From: Bdellovibrionia bacterium
Lineage (GTDB): Bacteria; Bdellovibrionota; UBA1018
DNA length: 20,252 bases
Assembly (NCBI GenBank): GCA_049424145.1
Contig: JBMSSC010000038.1
Location: 1-20,252, forward strand
Reading direction: 5' to 3'
In this document: positions 7,226 through 18,300 of the stretch, in pieces
How the letters are laid out: every line of letters starts with the position of its first letter
Position numbering within the stretch: the first letter of the stretch is position 1
Notes under the pieces: generated by a model
What the model saw: only the letters and a program-made list of their open reading frames with translations
The model's database searches: none
What the model was told of the DNA's origin: nothing
Made by a program: the position numbers and the translations under genes

Positions 7226-8419
7226 TTACCCAACTTCGGAAGCCTCCACTTTTGAATCGAGTTGAGAGCGTTTCCTTTTTTTCTGAGGGACAGGGGGCTC
7301 ACCATCGGATTGATCTAAAACCCCTCGTTGAGCCTGATAGAACTGAAGAAACGAACCATCGAAGATTCGCTGTCTCATCTCAGCCATGAGCCCATGGTAA
7401 AACGAAAGGTTGTGAATCCCAATGAGCTGCCATCCGAGAGGCTCTTGGGTTTTCACCAAGTGGTGCAAGTACCCTTTAGAATAGACTTGGCAAGTCTGAC
7501 AGGAACACTGGGGATCTAAGCCCTCCTCAGAAAATTGATACGCTTTTCGCCTAAGCTGAAGTTTCCCTTGTCGAGTGAATGCCACACCTCGTTGAGCCAA
7601 AGCCGTAGGCAAAATACAGTCAAAAAGATCCACCCCACGATGAACCGCTTCGAGAAGATCCAACGGGGTTCCCACACCCATTAAGTAACGAGGCAAGTGA
7701 TGAGGCAGAAGACTGGCTGAGAGCTCCGTAAAATCATAGCGCTCGGCCTTGGTTTCACCCACGGCTAAGCCTCCGATGGCAAAGCCATCAAAGTCGATTT
7801 GAGTTAAAGCCTCGGCACTCTGTCGCCTTAAATCCTCAAAGCACCCCCCCTGAACAATACCAAAGAGAGACTGAGGTGAGTCGCCTCGCGCTTGAAAGCT
7901 ACGTACGGCCCAGCGCTCGGTCAAATGCATGGCCTGGGTCACCAAGGAGCGTTCCGAAGTGGAGGGTACACACTGATCTAGCACCATCATGATGTCACTG
8001 CCGATGGCTTTCTGCATCTCAATGGAGAGCTCTGGACTGAGGAGGATCATCTTGCCATCCACGTAGCTTTTGAACAAAGCCCCCTCTTCGGTCATTTTTC
8101 TCCCGTGAGGCAGTGAGAAGATCTGATAACCTCCCGAATCGGTTAAAACCCCGCGCTCCCACTTCATCAACGAGTGAATGCCCTTGAAGTGACGAAACAC
8201 TTCAATCCCGGGGCGAAGCATCAAGTGATAGGTATTGGCGAGCAACACTTGCGCTCCCGTCTGCAGAAGCGTCTCGCGAGTTTGACACTTGACGGTGGCT
8301 TGGGTTCCAACCGGCATAAAAACGGGGGTCAACACTTCACCATGGAGTGTTTGAAATCGAGCTGCTCGAGCTCGGCTACCGGGGGCTTGGGCTTCTAACT
8401 GAAATTGAAGTCGACTCAT
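7226..8419 (-). CDS. tgt: tRNA-guanine transglycosylase (queuine tRNA-ribosyltransferase), divergent subfamily
   Basis: Motifs TPVFMPVGT, LANTYHL, TDSGGYQ, LDQC, GIVQGG, GGLAVGE, PRYLMGVG, DLFDC and the Zn site CSCQTC...HN. Start placed at ATG 8419 (MSRLQF); the ORF track extends to 8452. Confidence 0.95.
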   Translation of the reverse strand: MSRLQFQLEAQAPGSRARAARFQTLHGEVLTPVFMPVGTQATVKCQTRETLLQTGAQVLLANTYHLMLRPGIEVFRHFKGIHSLMKWERGVLTDSGGYQIFSLPHGRKMTEEGALFKSYVDGKMILLSPELSIEMQKAIGSDIMMVLDQCVPSTSERSLVTQAMHLTERWAVRSFQARGDSPQSLFGIVQGGCFEDLRRQSAEALTQIDFDGFAIGGLAVGETKAERYDFTELSASLLPHHLPRYLMGVGTPLDLLEAVHRGVDLFDCILPTALAQRGVAFTRQGKLQLRRKAYQFSEEGLDPQCSCQTCQVYSKGYLHHLVKTQEPLGWQLIGIHNLSFYHGLMAEMRQRIFDGSFLQFYQAQRGVLDQSDGEPPVPQKKRKRSQLDSKVEASEVG

Positions 8420-8528
8420 GTTGCCTTGTCCTACTGGGAGACGGGAGCTCAAAGCAAGTAGGATCTGAAAAAAAACAAACCGGGAAGTTTTCTAGCCAGC
8501 TTCCCTTGGATTTGCTAAAACTAAAACG

Positions 8529-9782
8529 GTGAACATTCGAATCTACTCCCCGTTTCTTCCTTATCCGATTGCTGAAGGGGCGTTTCGCGTGATCTTTGAT
8601 CAAGCCTACTCCCTCATCCAGCTAGGACATCAAGTGGAGTTAGTCTGCTGGAAGAATCGACCCCAGGACTTCCTCAAGCGCACTGAGATTTGGCAAAAAG
8701 ACTGGCCTAGGCCCCAGTTTATTCACTTACCCTTGAGCTCATCCTCAACCCAGATTCGGGTCCTTCGTTCTTGGCTGAATCGAACGGCGTCTCCTGAGAC
8801 GTACTACTATCCAAAAACCCCCCTGCGATTCAAACCCCTGCTTCAGGGTTGCGACTTGGCCATTTATCACTACAGTTTTGCCCATGCTTGGCTGAAAAAA
8901 ACGAAGCACTTGCCTTCGGAGAAAAAGCGAGTGGTCCATTTTCATAATCTGGAAAGCGACCTCTCCCGCCTGAGAGCCCAAAACAGCTCGGGGATCTCCC
9001 AATGGGTGCATCGCTCTAATGCGAGGACGCTGGCCTCTCATGAGCTTGAGCTGACTCAATTTGCCTCCGAGCTTTGGTTCTTATCCCCAGTTGACCTAAG
9101 GCTTTTCCAGGAACGACTCAAACTGAGTCACGCCTCCCGGAGCCTCCCCTGCGCTCTCAGGCTCGTGCCTCCCACCTACTCCACCCATGCATCCCAAAGA
9201 CCCTCTCAGATGGGGTCTCAGGATTCCATCACGCCCTTTTTTAACAATCCCTCGTTCTTCCATTCCCCTGAGATCCGACTTGGATTCATCGGAGGGTTTG
9301 ATTTTAGGCCCAACCTCGATAGTGCTCAGTGGATTCTAGAGCACCTGCTGCCCCGTTTAGAGCAGTCATCGTTTCAGGGGAAAATCGTCTTTGCTGGCCA
9401 AGGCGCACAGCGCGTCCTAGGACCCCAGGTGCGCTCGCCTCACCTAGAAATCCTGCCCGATCAATTTGACCCTGAGGGCTTTTTTTCCAGTCTCAGTGCA
9501 ATGCTCGTGCCTCACACTTCAGGCTCAGGCGTGCGCATTAAACTCTTAGATGCGTTAGCTCGAAGAATCCCTGTTCTAGCCACGGAGGAGGCCGTTGAGC
9601 GACTCCACCCTGAGCTTCAGACTCACCCCCTGTTATTTTGTTCTTCTCAGGCTGAACGTTGGGCCAACCACATTCTTCAAGCGAATTTTAGAAGCCTGCG
9701 GGCTTCTTTTTCATCAACCCCTCTTCCTGACCCCATGAATGGATTAGAGATCTACGGCCATGTCTCATCTCCTGCTCTTTAA
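8529..9782 (+). CDS. Glycosyltransferase family 4 (GT-B) protein
   Basis: N-terminal SPFLPYP..EG and LGHQVELV, VHFHNLES, GFIGGFDFRPNLDS, and GSGVRIKLLDALARRIPVLAT (GT4 C-terminal motif). Overlaps the next gene by 23 nt. Confidence 0.88.
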   Translation: MNIRIYSPFLPYPIAEGAFRVIFDQAYSLIQLGHQVELVCWKNRPQDFLKRTEIWQKDWPRPQFIHLPLSSSSTQIRVLRSWLNRTASPETYYYPKTPLRFKPLLQGCDLAIYHYSFAHAWLKKTKHLPSEKKRVVHFHNLESDLSRLRAQNSSGISQWVHRSNARTLASHELELTQFASELWFLSPVDLRLFQERLKLSHASRSLPCALRLVPPTYSTHASQRPSQMGSQDSITPFFNNPSFFHSPEIRLGFIGGFDFRPNLDSAQWILEHLLPRLEQSSFQGKIVFAGQGAQRVLGPQVRSPHLEILPDQFDPEGFFSSLSAMLVPHTSGSGVRIKLLDALARRIPVLATEEAVERLHPELQTHPLLFCSSQAERWANHILQANFRSLRASFSSTPLPDPMNGLEIYGHVSSPAL

Positions 9783-10830
9783 ACTCGGTGCCTTAGGCGA
9801 TTTAAGCTTTTTTCTCCCTTGCCTCGATCAGATCAAAAGATCAGATCCCAGCACTCAAATCACTTGGGTGGTTGGACACTCTTATGCCCCATTGCTCAAA
9901 GCCCACCCGCACGTGGACCAGGTCATCAGTGTGGATGAGCGCGCTCTTTTTCAATCCGGGCCCTTCGGGCTGATCCGAGAAAGTCTCAAGCTCTGGAGGA
10001 GGCTTAAGGCATCCTATGATCAAATTTGGATTGGACACCGAAGCAGTTTTATTTTTCTCCTCCTCAGGCTGAGACTGCGCGGTCATATTTTTCAGATCGT
10101 AAGAAAACGCACACGATTTTTAGCCCTTCTGAGAACCGAAGTGGAAGTCCCCCCTCTTACTCTCCATGAGTCACTGGGATTTCAGCGCCTCTGCGAGAGG
10201 GCGTTGGGAAGAAACCTCCCCAAATCCCAATGGCAAGCGGATTACTCTTGGGTACCCAAGCCCTCGGTTTCCCTCCCCACTCAGTACTTGGTTCTTCATA
10301 TCGGCGGAGGCTCTAATGAAAAAACTGAATTTCGTCTCAAGCAATGGCCCCACTGGTCTCAACTCGTCGATCAACTCTCTGGGGAAGAACCGGATCTCCC
10401 CATCATTTTAATCGGCTCAAAGGCCGATCAGGCACAAGCGGATCTGATCACCCAGGGCTCAAACCGAGCTTCGGTTCTGAACCTCGTAGGCAAGCTCAAC
10501 TTCCTAGAGCTAATCGGAGTTTTAAAACAGGCCACCTGGTTCGTGGGAGTGGACTCCGGGCCTCTGCACTTTGCTGATGCTCTCAAAGTTACATGCATCG
10601 GTCTTTATGGTCCCACCAGTCTCACTTCGTGGGGCTTGCTCAACTCCCACTCCTTGGGCTTATCGCAAAAGCTCGCGTGCTAGCCCTGTTACGCGGATGA
10701 CGGAAACTTTCCTGCTTGCCCCTATTCCATGCGCTGTATGACAGAACTCTCCGTCCCAAGCGTTTTAAACCGAATTAGGCAAACCTTAAAATTGAATACT
10801 CAGGATCCAGTTTTGACGCAGTTGAATTAA
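9760..10830 (+). pseudogene. Glycosyltransferase family 9 (LPS heptosyltransferase-like) with an in-frame TAG at 10681-10683; the uninterrupted ORF is 9760-10683
   Basis: Motifs KLGALGD, KQWP, NLVGKLN and GVDSGPLHFADAL..GLYGPT. After the TAG the same frame continues PCYADDGNFPACPYSMRCMTELSV... to TAA at 10828-10830. This completes the CxPC...C...CM motif typical of GT9 C-termini. Confidence 0.85.
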
Positions 10831-10857
10831 AAAGGATTCAAACCGGAGGGTAAAAAA

Positions 10858-12300
10858 ATGAAAGTGGTCGTTGCTGGAGCTTCAGGTTTTATTGGTCAGC
10901 TCTTACTTCGCGAACTGAAAAACGAGGTCGAATGGATTGCTCTTGGAAGATCGGTTCAACCCGCAAAGGCTTTACCCTCTTCTTCTCCCTCCGCCCTTCC
11001 CCCAAACTCAGTCACTTGGCGTGCTTGTGATTTATTCTCCCTGCTTCAAAGCGAGAACAGTCTACTTGGGGCTGAAGTGGCCATCTACTTGGTTCACTCC
11101 ATGCTTCCCAGAGCACGCCTAACTCAGAGCTCGTTTGAAGACTGCGATCTCCTGCTTGCCGATAACTTTGCGCGAGCAGCAAAACTGGCCGGGATTAAAC
11201 GCATCATTTACTTAGGGGGAATCATCCCTGAGCCGCCTTCCCCAGAATCTGGGACCGAGGATCACCTCTCCGCACATTTACGAAGTCGAATGGAAGTCGA
11301 ACAAGCTTTAGCCAGCACAGGAATTCCGGTGACCACCCTTCGAGCGGGGCTCATTCTTGGAGCAGAGGGATCTTCCTTTCAAATGCTTTACCTGCTCGTC
11401 AGACGCCTCCCCGTCATGATCTGTCCTAAATGGACTCAAACGAAGACCCAGTGCATTGACTCCAAAGACGTCATCGATCTCATTCGCTACTGTCTATTTC
11501 ATCCCTCCACAACGGGAAAGACCTATGACATTGGAGCGCCTGAAGTTTTGACCTACCAAGATCTCATGAGAATTCTAGCCCAGGCCCTAGGCGTGAAACG
11601 CTGGTTTCTCTCCGTCCGCTTTTTCACTCCAGGTCTTTCTAGGCTCTGGGTTCAATTCATCACGGGAGCGAGTAAAAACCTGGTGCGTCCTTTGGTGGAG
11701 AGCTTAAGACATGAAATGGTGGTCCATAAAAAGGAACTGCTCACCCTTTATGGTAAGCCCCTCAAATCCGTTCACAGTTCACTGCTGGAGTGTGTGAAAA
11801 ACATCAAGCCCACGCTCCGTGGGAAAACTCGAGAGCGAATCCAGCACCTGAAGCACCATCCTGAGGTGAGATCCATTCAGCGCTTTCGACTCCCCGCAGG
11901 ACGCACGGCTCTTTGGGTTGCAAACGAGTACTTCCTGTGGCTCCCCAGGTTCTTAGCTCCTTGGATTCGAGTCGAACAAACAGAGCCTGACTTTTGGGAT
12001 TTTCAGTTCTTATTTTTTAAAACCCCACTCTTAAGACTTTGGTACTCAAAAAGTAGGAGCACCCGAGACCGACAATTATTCTACATTCGCGGAGGACTGC
12101 TTGCTGCAAAAAACCAAAGCACTCATGCCCGCCTTGAGTTTCGAGAAGTCCTAGCAGGCAGAGCTCTTTTAGCCGCCATCCATGAATTTAAACCCTCTCT
12201 CCCCTGGCCCATCTACCAGTGGACGCAGGCATTAGCTCATCTCTGGGTCATGGCCAACTTTAAGAAACACTTGGGCAAGGCTCACAGCTCTGTGAAATGA
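10858..12300 (+). CDS. NAD(P)-binding atypical SDR oxidoreductase (YbjT-like) with C-terminal extension
   Basis: Rossmann motif VAGASGFIG, YLVHSM, RIIYLGG, HLRSRMEVE, LRAGLILG.EGSSF. Strong SD GGAGG upstream. Confidence 0.88.
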   Translation: MKVVVAGASGFIGQLLLRELKNEVEWIALGRSVQPAKALPSSSPSALPPNSVTWRACDLFSLLQSENSLLGAEVAIYLVHSMLPRARLTQSSFEDCDLLLADNFARAAKLAGIKRIIYLGGIIPEPPSPESGTEDHLSAHLRSRMEVEQALASTGIPVTTLRAGLILGAEGSSFQMLYLLVRRLPVMICPKWTQTKTQCIDSKDVIDLIRYCLFHPSTTGKTYDIGAPEVLTYQDLMRILAQALGVKRWFLSVRFFTPGLSRLWVQFITGASKNLVRPLVESLRHEMVVHKKELLTLYGKPLKSVHSSLLECVKNIKPTLRGKTRERIQHLKHHPEVRSIQRFRLPAGRTALWVANEYFLWLPRFLAPWIRVEQTEPDFWDFQFLFFKTPLLRLWYSKSRSTRDRQLFYIRGGLLAAKNQSTHARLEFREVLAGRALLAAIHEFKPSLPWPIYQWTQALAHLWVMANFKKHLGKAHSSVK

Positions 12301-12305
12301 ACTGC

Positions 12306-12332
12306 GTGAGTGGTGGCTGAAACTCATTTTTT
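12306..12332 (+). terminator. Possible weak intrinsic terminator between convergent genes
   Basis: GTGAGT and ACTCAT form a 6-bp stem with a 10-nt loop, followed by a T run. Confidence 0.3.
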
Positions 12333-15300
12333 CTATTCAAAGTCCTGAACCCAAGAGACGTAGACCGTGGATCCTGCCTTAATGAGGGTGGCCACGGTGT
12401 CTTTGCCAGGAGTTACGACCAAGGGGCATGCCGGGTTGCATTTAAAAGTCATGCCCGAACTTGAAAACGTATAGTTCCCACCTGTGGAATTATTAAACGC
12501 CAAGGTATAGGCTCCCCCATCGTTCATGGTTCCTGTAGAAACCGAAAGCGTGCCTGCAGCCACACTGGTGGTTTGAATATTACCTGCATCAAAATTGATC
12601 GTCCCCGTGCTATTGGTGGCAAAAGCTCCAGCAATCTGCCCACCGTCTGCTCGGAATCGACCGTTGATCGTCAGAGCTGCTCCTGGAGTGCTCGTTCCGA
12701 TCCCGAGATTTCCCCCTGAAATCGCGAGTTGATTCGTCCCGACTATTAATCCATTCGAAGGCACTGCTAATGCACCGCTCATGGTATCTCCGGACCTAGA
12801 AGCCAGAAGCGCGATATTGCCATCGAGTTTTCCTAAAGCACCCAAAACCGTATCTAAAGCAGACAGAGCTCCCGTGGTGGATGAGAAGCCCGTCAGCAGC
12901 TTCCCCGTCACAACCGAATCTGCAATCGTGGTTGCCGACTGAGTGCCTGTGACATCCCCTGACAAAGTCCCTGAGAACGACTCTGGGGATCCCCAGCTCA
13001 GACTTCCTATGGACACCACCAAAGCCTGCCCGTTAGATCCGATTCCGAGCTTCGATAACACCGAAGCTCCCGTTGCAACGATCAAATCTCCTGCGGCGTA
13101 AGACGTGATACCCGTTCCCCCACTCGACACACCCAAGCTTGCGCTCCACTGCGGAGCTGATGAGCCTGAGGAAGTCAACACCCTGCCAGAGGCTCCAATC
13201 CCCAGCATCGCTGTGGCTGCTCCTGCTGTTTGATAAGGCAGAGACCCAGCCAGCCCTGAAGAAAGATTCGTTGCGGTTGTTGCCGTGGTTGCATTTCCAG
13301 AAAGACTCCCCATCCACGCTGTTGCGCTCACGGCCCCGTTCACGACCAACCGATGCGCAGGAGAATTGGTCCCCACTCCGATATTGCCGTTTTTAAGAAT
13401 CATCAGAGCGTTGGATCGAGACGCACTCGTGCTTCCATTGCCCACGGTAAAAATGGGGGCAGTTCCAACCCAGGTATTTACAGTTTCTCCACCCTTGAGC
13501 TGATTATAGGTTCCCACAGCCGACTGTGCATAAGCCTTCGACTCATTTCCCAACCCTGCTGCAAAGGAGTCATATCCAGATGAAGTATTTCTTGAGCCAA
13601 TGGCTGTTGCTCCGTCTCCTGTACCTTGGTTGCTGAGACCGATCGCCACTGAAGGATATCGGCTCGCACTGTTTCCCACCCCAAGAGCATAGGATTCGTA
13701 GGCAGTGGCCGAATTGTTGCTCCCAGCAGCGAAGCCCCAGTAGTTCGTAGCCTGATTGTTCAACCCAATGGCAATCGGAATAAAGCGGCTCACAGAATTC
13801 CCTCTGCCCAAAGCAATGGCAGAGTAGCCTTCACCAATCGAATCACTTGCTTGATTATCTCTGCCTGTCACAAAACTATAATCGATATTTGCAAAATTAT
13901 TTCGACCCACTACAAAAGAAAACTGATCATTTCCGTAATTCACCTCAACACTTGCCGTATTTCCAAATCCGGATGCGAACGAATAATCAGAAACAGCCTG
14001 ACTTCCAGCGCCTGAGGCAAAAGAAGAATATCCCAAAGCCTTTGAATCTCGACCGAATGTCGCTGAAGCATATCCCATCGCACTAGGCGTAAGAGCTGCA
14101 CTGACCACCTCGCCCGCAAAGAAGGCTCCTTTTTTTCCGTCCCAAAAGGTCGCGGTCAAGTCATCCACTCCTCCACCTGCATAATTGGAAAGACTGACTG
14201 AGCCCCCTGTATCCCAATCTCGATAGGGCACAACCCAGTTTCCACCCACAGTCAGGGCATCGCTTGGAGATGCCACTCCAATACCCACTGCGCCTGAGGC
14301 CAGCACAAGATCTGTGGTTCCCACTCTGAGTCCTGATGCAGGTAGAGCCAGAGGCCCAGTCATGAGGTCTCCTGCCCGATTTAAAGGCGAATATCCCAAT
14401 ACTCCTGTCACTGCCGAAGACTCCAAAGTCACAGCACCAACTTGACCATTAAAACTTGCAATCCCCGGTTGAACTCCCAAAACTGCAGAATCGACATACT
14501 GCTTGGTTGCAGCCTGTAAGTTTAAGGTCGGAGATTCTGAACTCAAGATCAGATTTCCCGTCATTGAATCCCCCGATTTTGAAACACGCGTGGCCACATT
14601 GCCGTCGAGCTTACCTAGAGCTGATAGAATGCTCTCTGAAGCTGAAAGTGTGCCTGCATTTGATGAAAAACCTAAAAGTGTCTTACCTAAAACAGCTACA
14701 CCTGAGATCGACGTGGAGGCCAAAGTCCCTGTCACTTCTCCCGAGAGGCTTAACCCCCCCCAACTCGGAGACCCTGAAGAGACGATCAGAGCTTGACCAT
14801 CGGATCCAATCCCAAGTTTGGAAAAAGAACTGGAGGCGCTTGCAACGATCAAATCACCTGCACTGTAAGAGTTCAGCCCTGTTCCTCCCCCCGACACACC
14901 TAAACTTGAGCTCCACTGAGGCATGGATAAAGTCGAAGTCAGCACAGATCCCGAGGCACTGAGTCCAAGCATCGATGTCGTTCCAACCCCCGTTTGATAA
15001 GGGATTGATCCTGTCGCACCTCCAGAGAGATTCGTCCCTTGGGATGCGGTCAAAGTATTACCCGACAAGGTCCCAATGAAGGTGGTTGCACTCACCGTCC
15101 CGGCTACAGCAATTTTGACAGGAGCAGATCTCAATCCAATCCCAACATTTCCATTTTTAAGAATCTCCATTGCGCCTAAGGCTGTGTCATTTGAAATCGT
15201 AAAAATCGGGTCAGTTGGAACAAACTGAGTCGCATCGACCGTACTGATCCACTGATTTCCTGAAACATACCCATATCCATTGCGAGACCAATACCCAATG

Positions 15301-18300
15301 GAAAATTGAGCATAAGAATCCCCCGCATAGTTCTCATTACCAAAGGAAGACGAGTCATTGCCACTTGAATAAGCCCAAGCGTTGAAAGCCGCGGAATAGT
15401 TTCCAAAGGCACCGACTTCATATCCAATCGAAAGTGCATCGGTCGCCGAATCAGCGTAAGAATAATAGCCTCCAGCAAAGGAATTTTCACCGTATGCATG
15501 ACTATACTTTCCATATGTAAAAGTATTTTCATAATTCTCTGCTTCGCTTGACTCCCCAACTACGAATGACCCAGGACCAAGCGCATATGAATCATATCCA
15601 AAAGTAGTAGAATAATAGTTCAGCTGACTAAAGTTAACTAACCCCCAGGCTTCCCCAGCAAAGAAAGAACCTTTTTTCCCATCCCAAAACATCTCAGTAA
15701 GATCCCCACTCGATCCCGAATAGTTAGGAAAAACCAATGAGGGACCCGTATCTTTAGTCCGATACGGAATCACTAGATTTCCGTTCACCATTAAAGCATC
15801 ACTGGGCGAGGCAACGCCTACGCCAAGTCGGCCTCCTGAGACGAGCAACTGATTGGTTCCCACTGTAAGCCCATTCGATGGAAGCTGAAGGGGCCCCGTC
15901 ATAGTTCCACCTGAAGTTCCAATCGGGGTATAGCCCAATCCACTAGATACATCTGAGGCGGTTAAATAGACTGCTCCTACTCTACTCTGAAGACTACTTA
16001 CTCCTGTTGAGATTCCTAAGACTGCTGCATCTACGTACTGCTTATTTGTGGCTTGAAGATTCAAAGCGGGAGTAACCGAAGCTAAAAGTAACCCGCCACT
16101 CATTGAGTCTCCCGACTTTGAAACTCGAGTCGTTGTGTTGCCATCTAGTTTCCCAATGGCGGTAAGAATGCTATCCAACGAAGACAGAGCACCTGAACTC
16201 GAGGAATATCCTAAAAGTGTTTTACCCAAAACAGCTGAACCTGAGATCGAAGTTGAAGCCAGGTTTCCTGTGACCTCTCCTGAACTGTTTAATTCTCCCC
16301 AACTAGGAGATCCAGAAGAGACCACCAGAGCCTGTCCATTGGATCCGATTGAAAGTCTCGATAAGTTAGAGGCACTCGAAGCAGAGATCAAATCACCCCC
16401 TGAGTAAGAGGAGAATCCTGTTCCCCCACTAGAAGCTCCCAGGGCTGTACTCCACTGTGGGGCTGTTCCTGAAGAAGTCAAAACATGACCCACACTTCCC
16501 AAAGCGAGCATGAGGGTGGCATTATCTCCCGACTGATAGGGTAGAGAACCCACCCCACCTCCTTCAAGCTGATTGGCTGTTGTTGCAGTTGTGGAATTCC
16601 CTGAAAAGCTCCCAACAAAAGTCGTCGCACTCACAGTTCCAATGACTTCAAGCCGAGCGAGGGGTGAGTCCGAACCGATCCCAACATTTCCATTCTTCAG
16701 AACCATCACTGCATTAGACGGAGGATCAGTAGCACTAAACGTAGGACGACTAGGATCCAGGCCATACCCGAGTCCATTCCCAACGACAAAAACCGGATCT
16801 GTTGAGACGCTGGCATTTGGGTTTTCAGTCCCAGTTTTTCTACTGTATTGACCTAATGTGAATTGAGCGTAAGAGGCTGAGTAGTAATTTCCACGACCCG
16901 TTGAAAATGAGTAGCGGCCAAGCGCTCGGTCTTCCTCTCCACCTGCAATAAAAGAAGCGTATTCTTGAGACGTATTAAATTTTCCAGATACAAATCCGTA
17001 GTCCCCACTAACGATGTTGTAACCATTCACTGCAAAACCAGCCTGACTAGTCATTTCGTTGTACTGGCCTGCTGCAAAGACATTATAAGCCCCATTAATG
17101 TCTTCACCCTCTCCAAAAGCAGCAGAACCCTGGGCATCACTCAGGGTACTCCCATAACGCCCTGATGCAAACGAATCGCTTGAAAATGAGTCGATCCAAT
17201 GGCCATTGCCAAACGCTACTGTTTGATTCCCAGAGACGCGACTGGCAACTCCAAATGCGGCAGACCCTTGGCCAATATCACCCGGAGAATAGAAACTCAG
17301 ATTGAATCCCGATGCTCGCCCAGAAAAAAGAGAACCTTTTTTTCCATCCCAAAACATCAAGGTATACTGTTCGGGTCCTGTGGGCATGGAGGTGAGTAGA
17401 CTCAGGGAAGAACCCGTTCCTTTCATTCTCCAAGGAAAAACCACATTCCCGCTCGCAACAAGAGCATCAATCGGAGAAGTGACTCCCACCCCAAGATTAC
17501 CTCCAGAAACGACGAGCTGATTCGTCCCCACCGAGAGTCCACTTGATGGAAGAGAGAGAAGCCCACTCATCGTATCGCTTAAACGACTGACAGGAGTATA
17601 GCCCAAAGCAGGCTGTTTATTGGAAAAATTCACATAATCCGCGTTGGACAAAAGCCCCGCGGTGACGGATCCAGTTTGCGCTAAAGGGACTCCGAGAGTG
17701 TGAGTCGAGCCAGAAGAGCTCCAGCTGGGTCCACTTCCTGAGGCAGTAAGATTGACCCCTTGATTCGATACGCTCAAACCATTCAGTGTTTGTAGACCCG
17801 CTCCTGCAGCTCCCAGAGATTGAACCTGAGACCCATTCCAATACTTAATTAAATTCGAATTGGAATTATACCAAATCTTTCCGCGGTCAGAGGAAGTGAG
17901 TCCTGCAACTAGAATTGCCTCTTCTGCGCTTGAATACACTCCTAATCTCAGTGTTTGATTCCCCGAGAGAAGAAGCGATCCACTCAGGGTATCTCCTGCT
18001 CGATTGACCGGAGTAAATCCCAAGGGGGCCTGCTTGGTGTTGAAAATTAGATCAACATAAGCTTTTGTTGCAGCTCCTAGATTCTCTTGGGGGTCGCCTG
18101 AAAGAACCAGCTCGCCGCTTAGGGTATCTCCCGACTTCAGTACGTTGAGCGATGCACTTCCCGTCACATTTCCCGTTAGAGTGCCGATGATCGTACCCAG
18201 TACATCTCCAATAAGCTGGGCTGTCACGCTAGCAACATTCAAATTACCGAAGGAGTCCCTCGTAACAAGGGTCCCCGATGATGAGCCCGCCGTTGCACTC

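Noticed and set aside
8482..8529. GGGAAG/CTTCCC dyad and a leaderless promoter for the GT4 gene
   Set aside because: Only 6-bp arms and a poor -10 match (TAAAAC); not supportable without TSS data.
10681..10683. Genome-wide TAG reassignment or selenocysteine
   Set aside because: Sec uses TGA. No other intact gene here has an internal TAG, and TAG terminates the fibre gene.
13395..17357. Diversity-generating retroelement acting on the fibre heads
   Set aside because: There is no reverse transcriptase in the window and no near-identical TR/VR pair differing only at adenines. The heads differ by indels and all substitution types.
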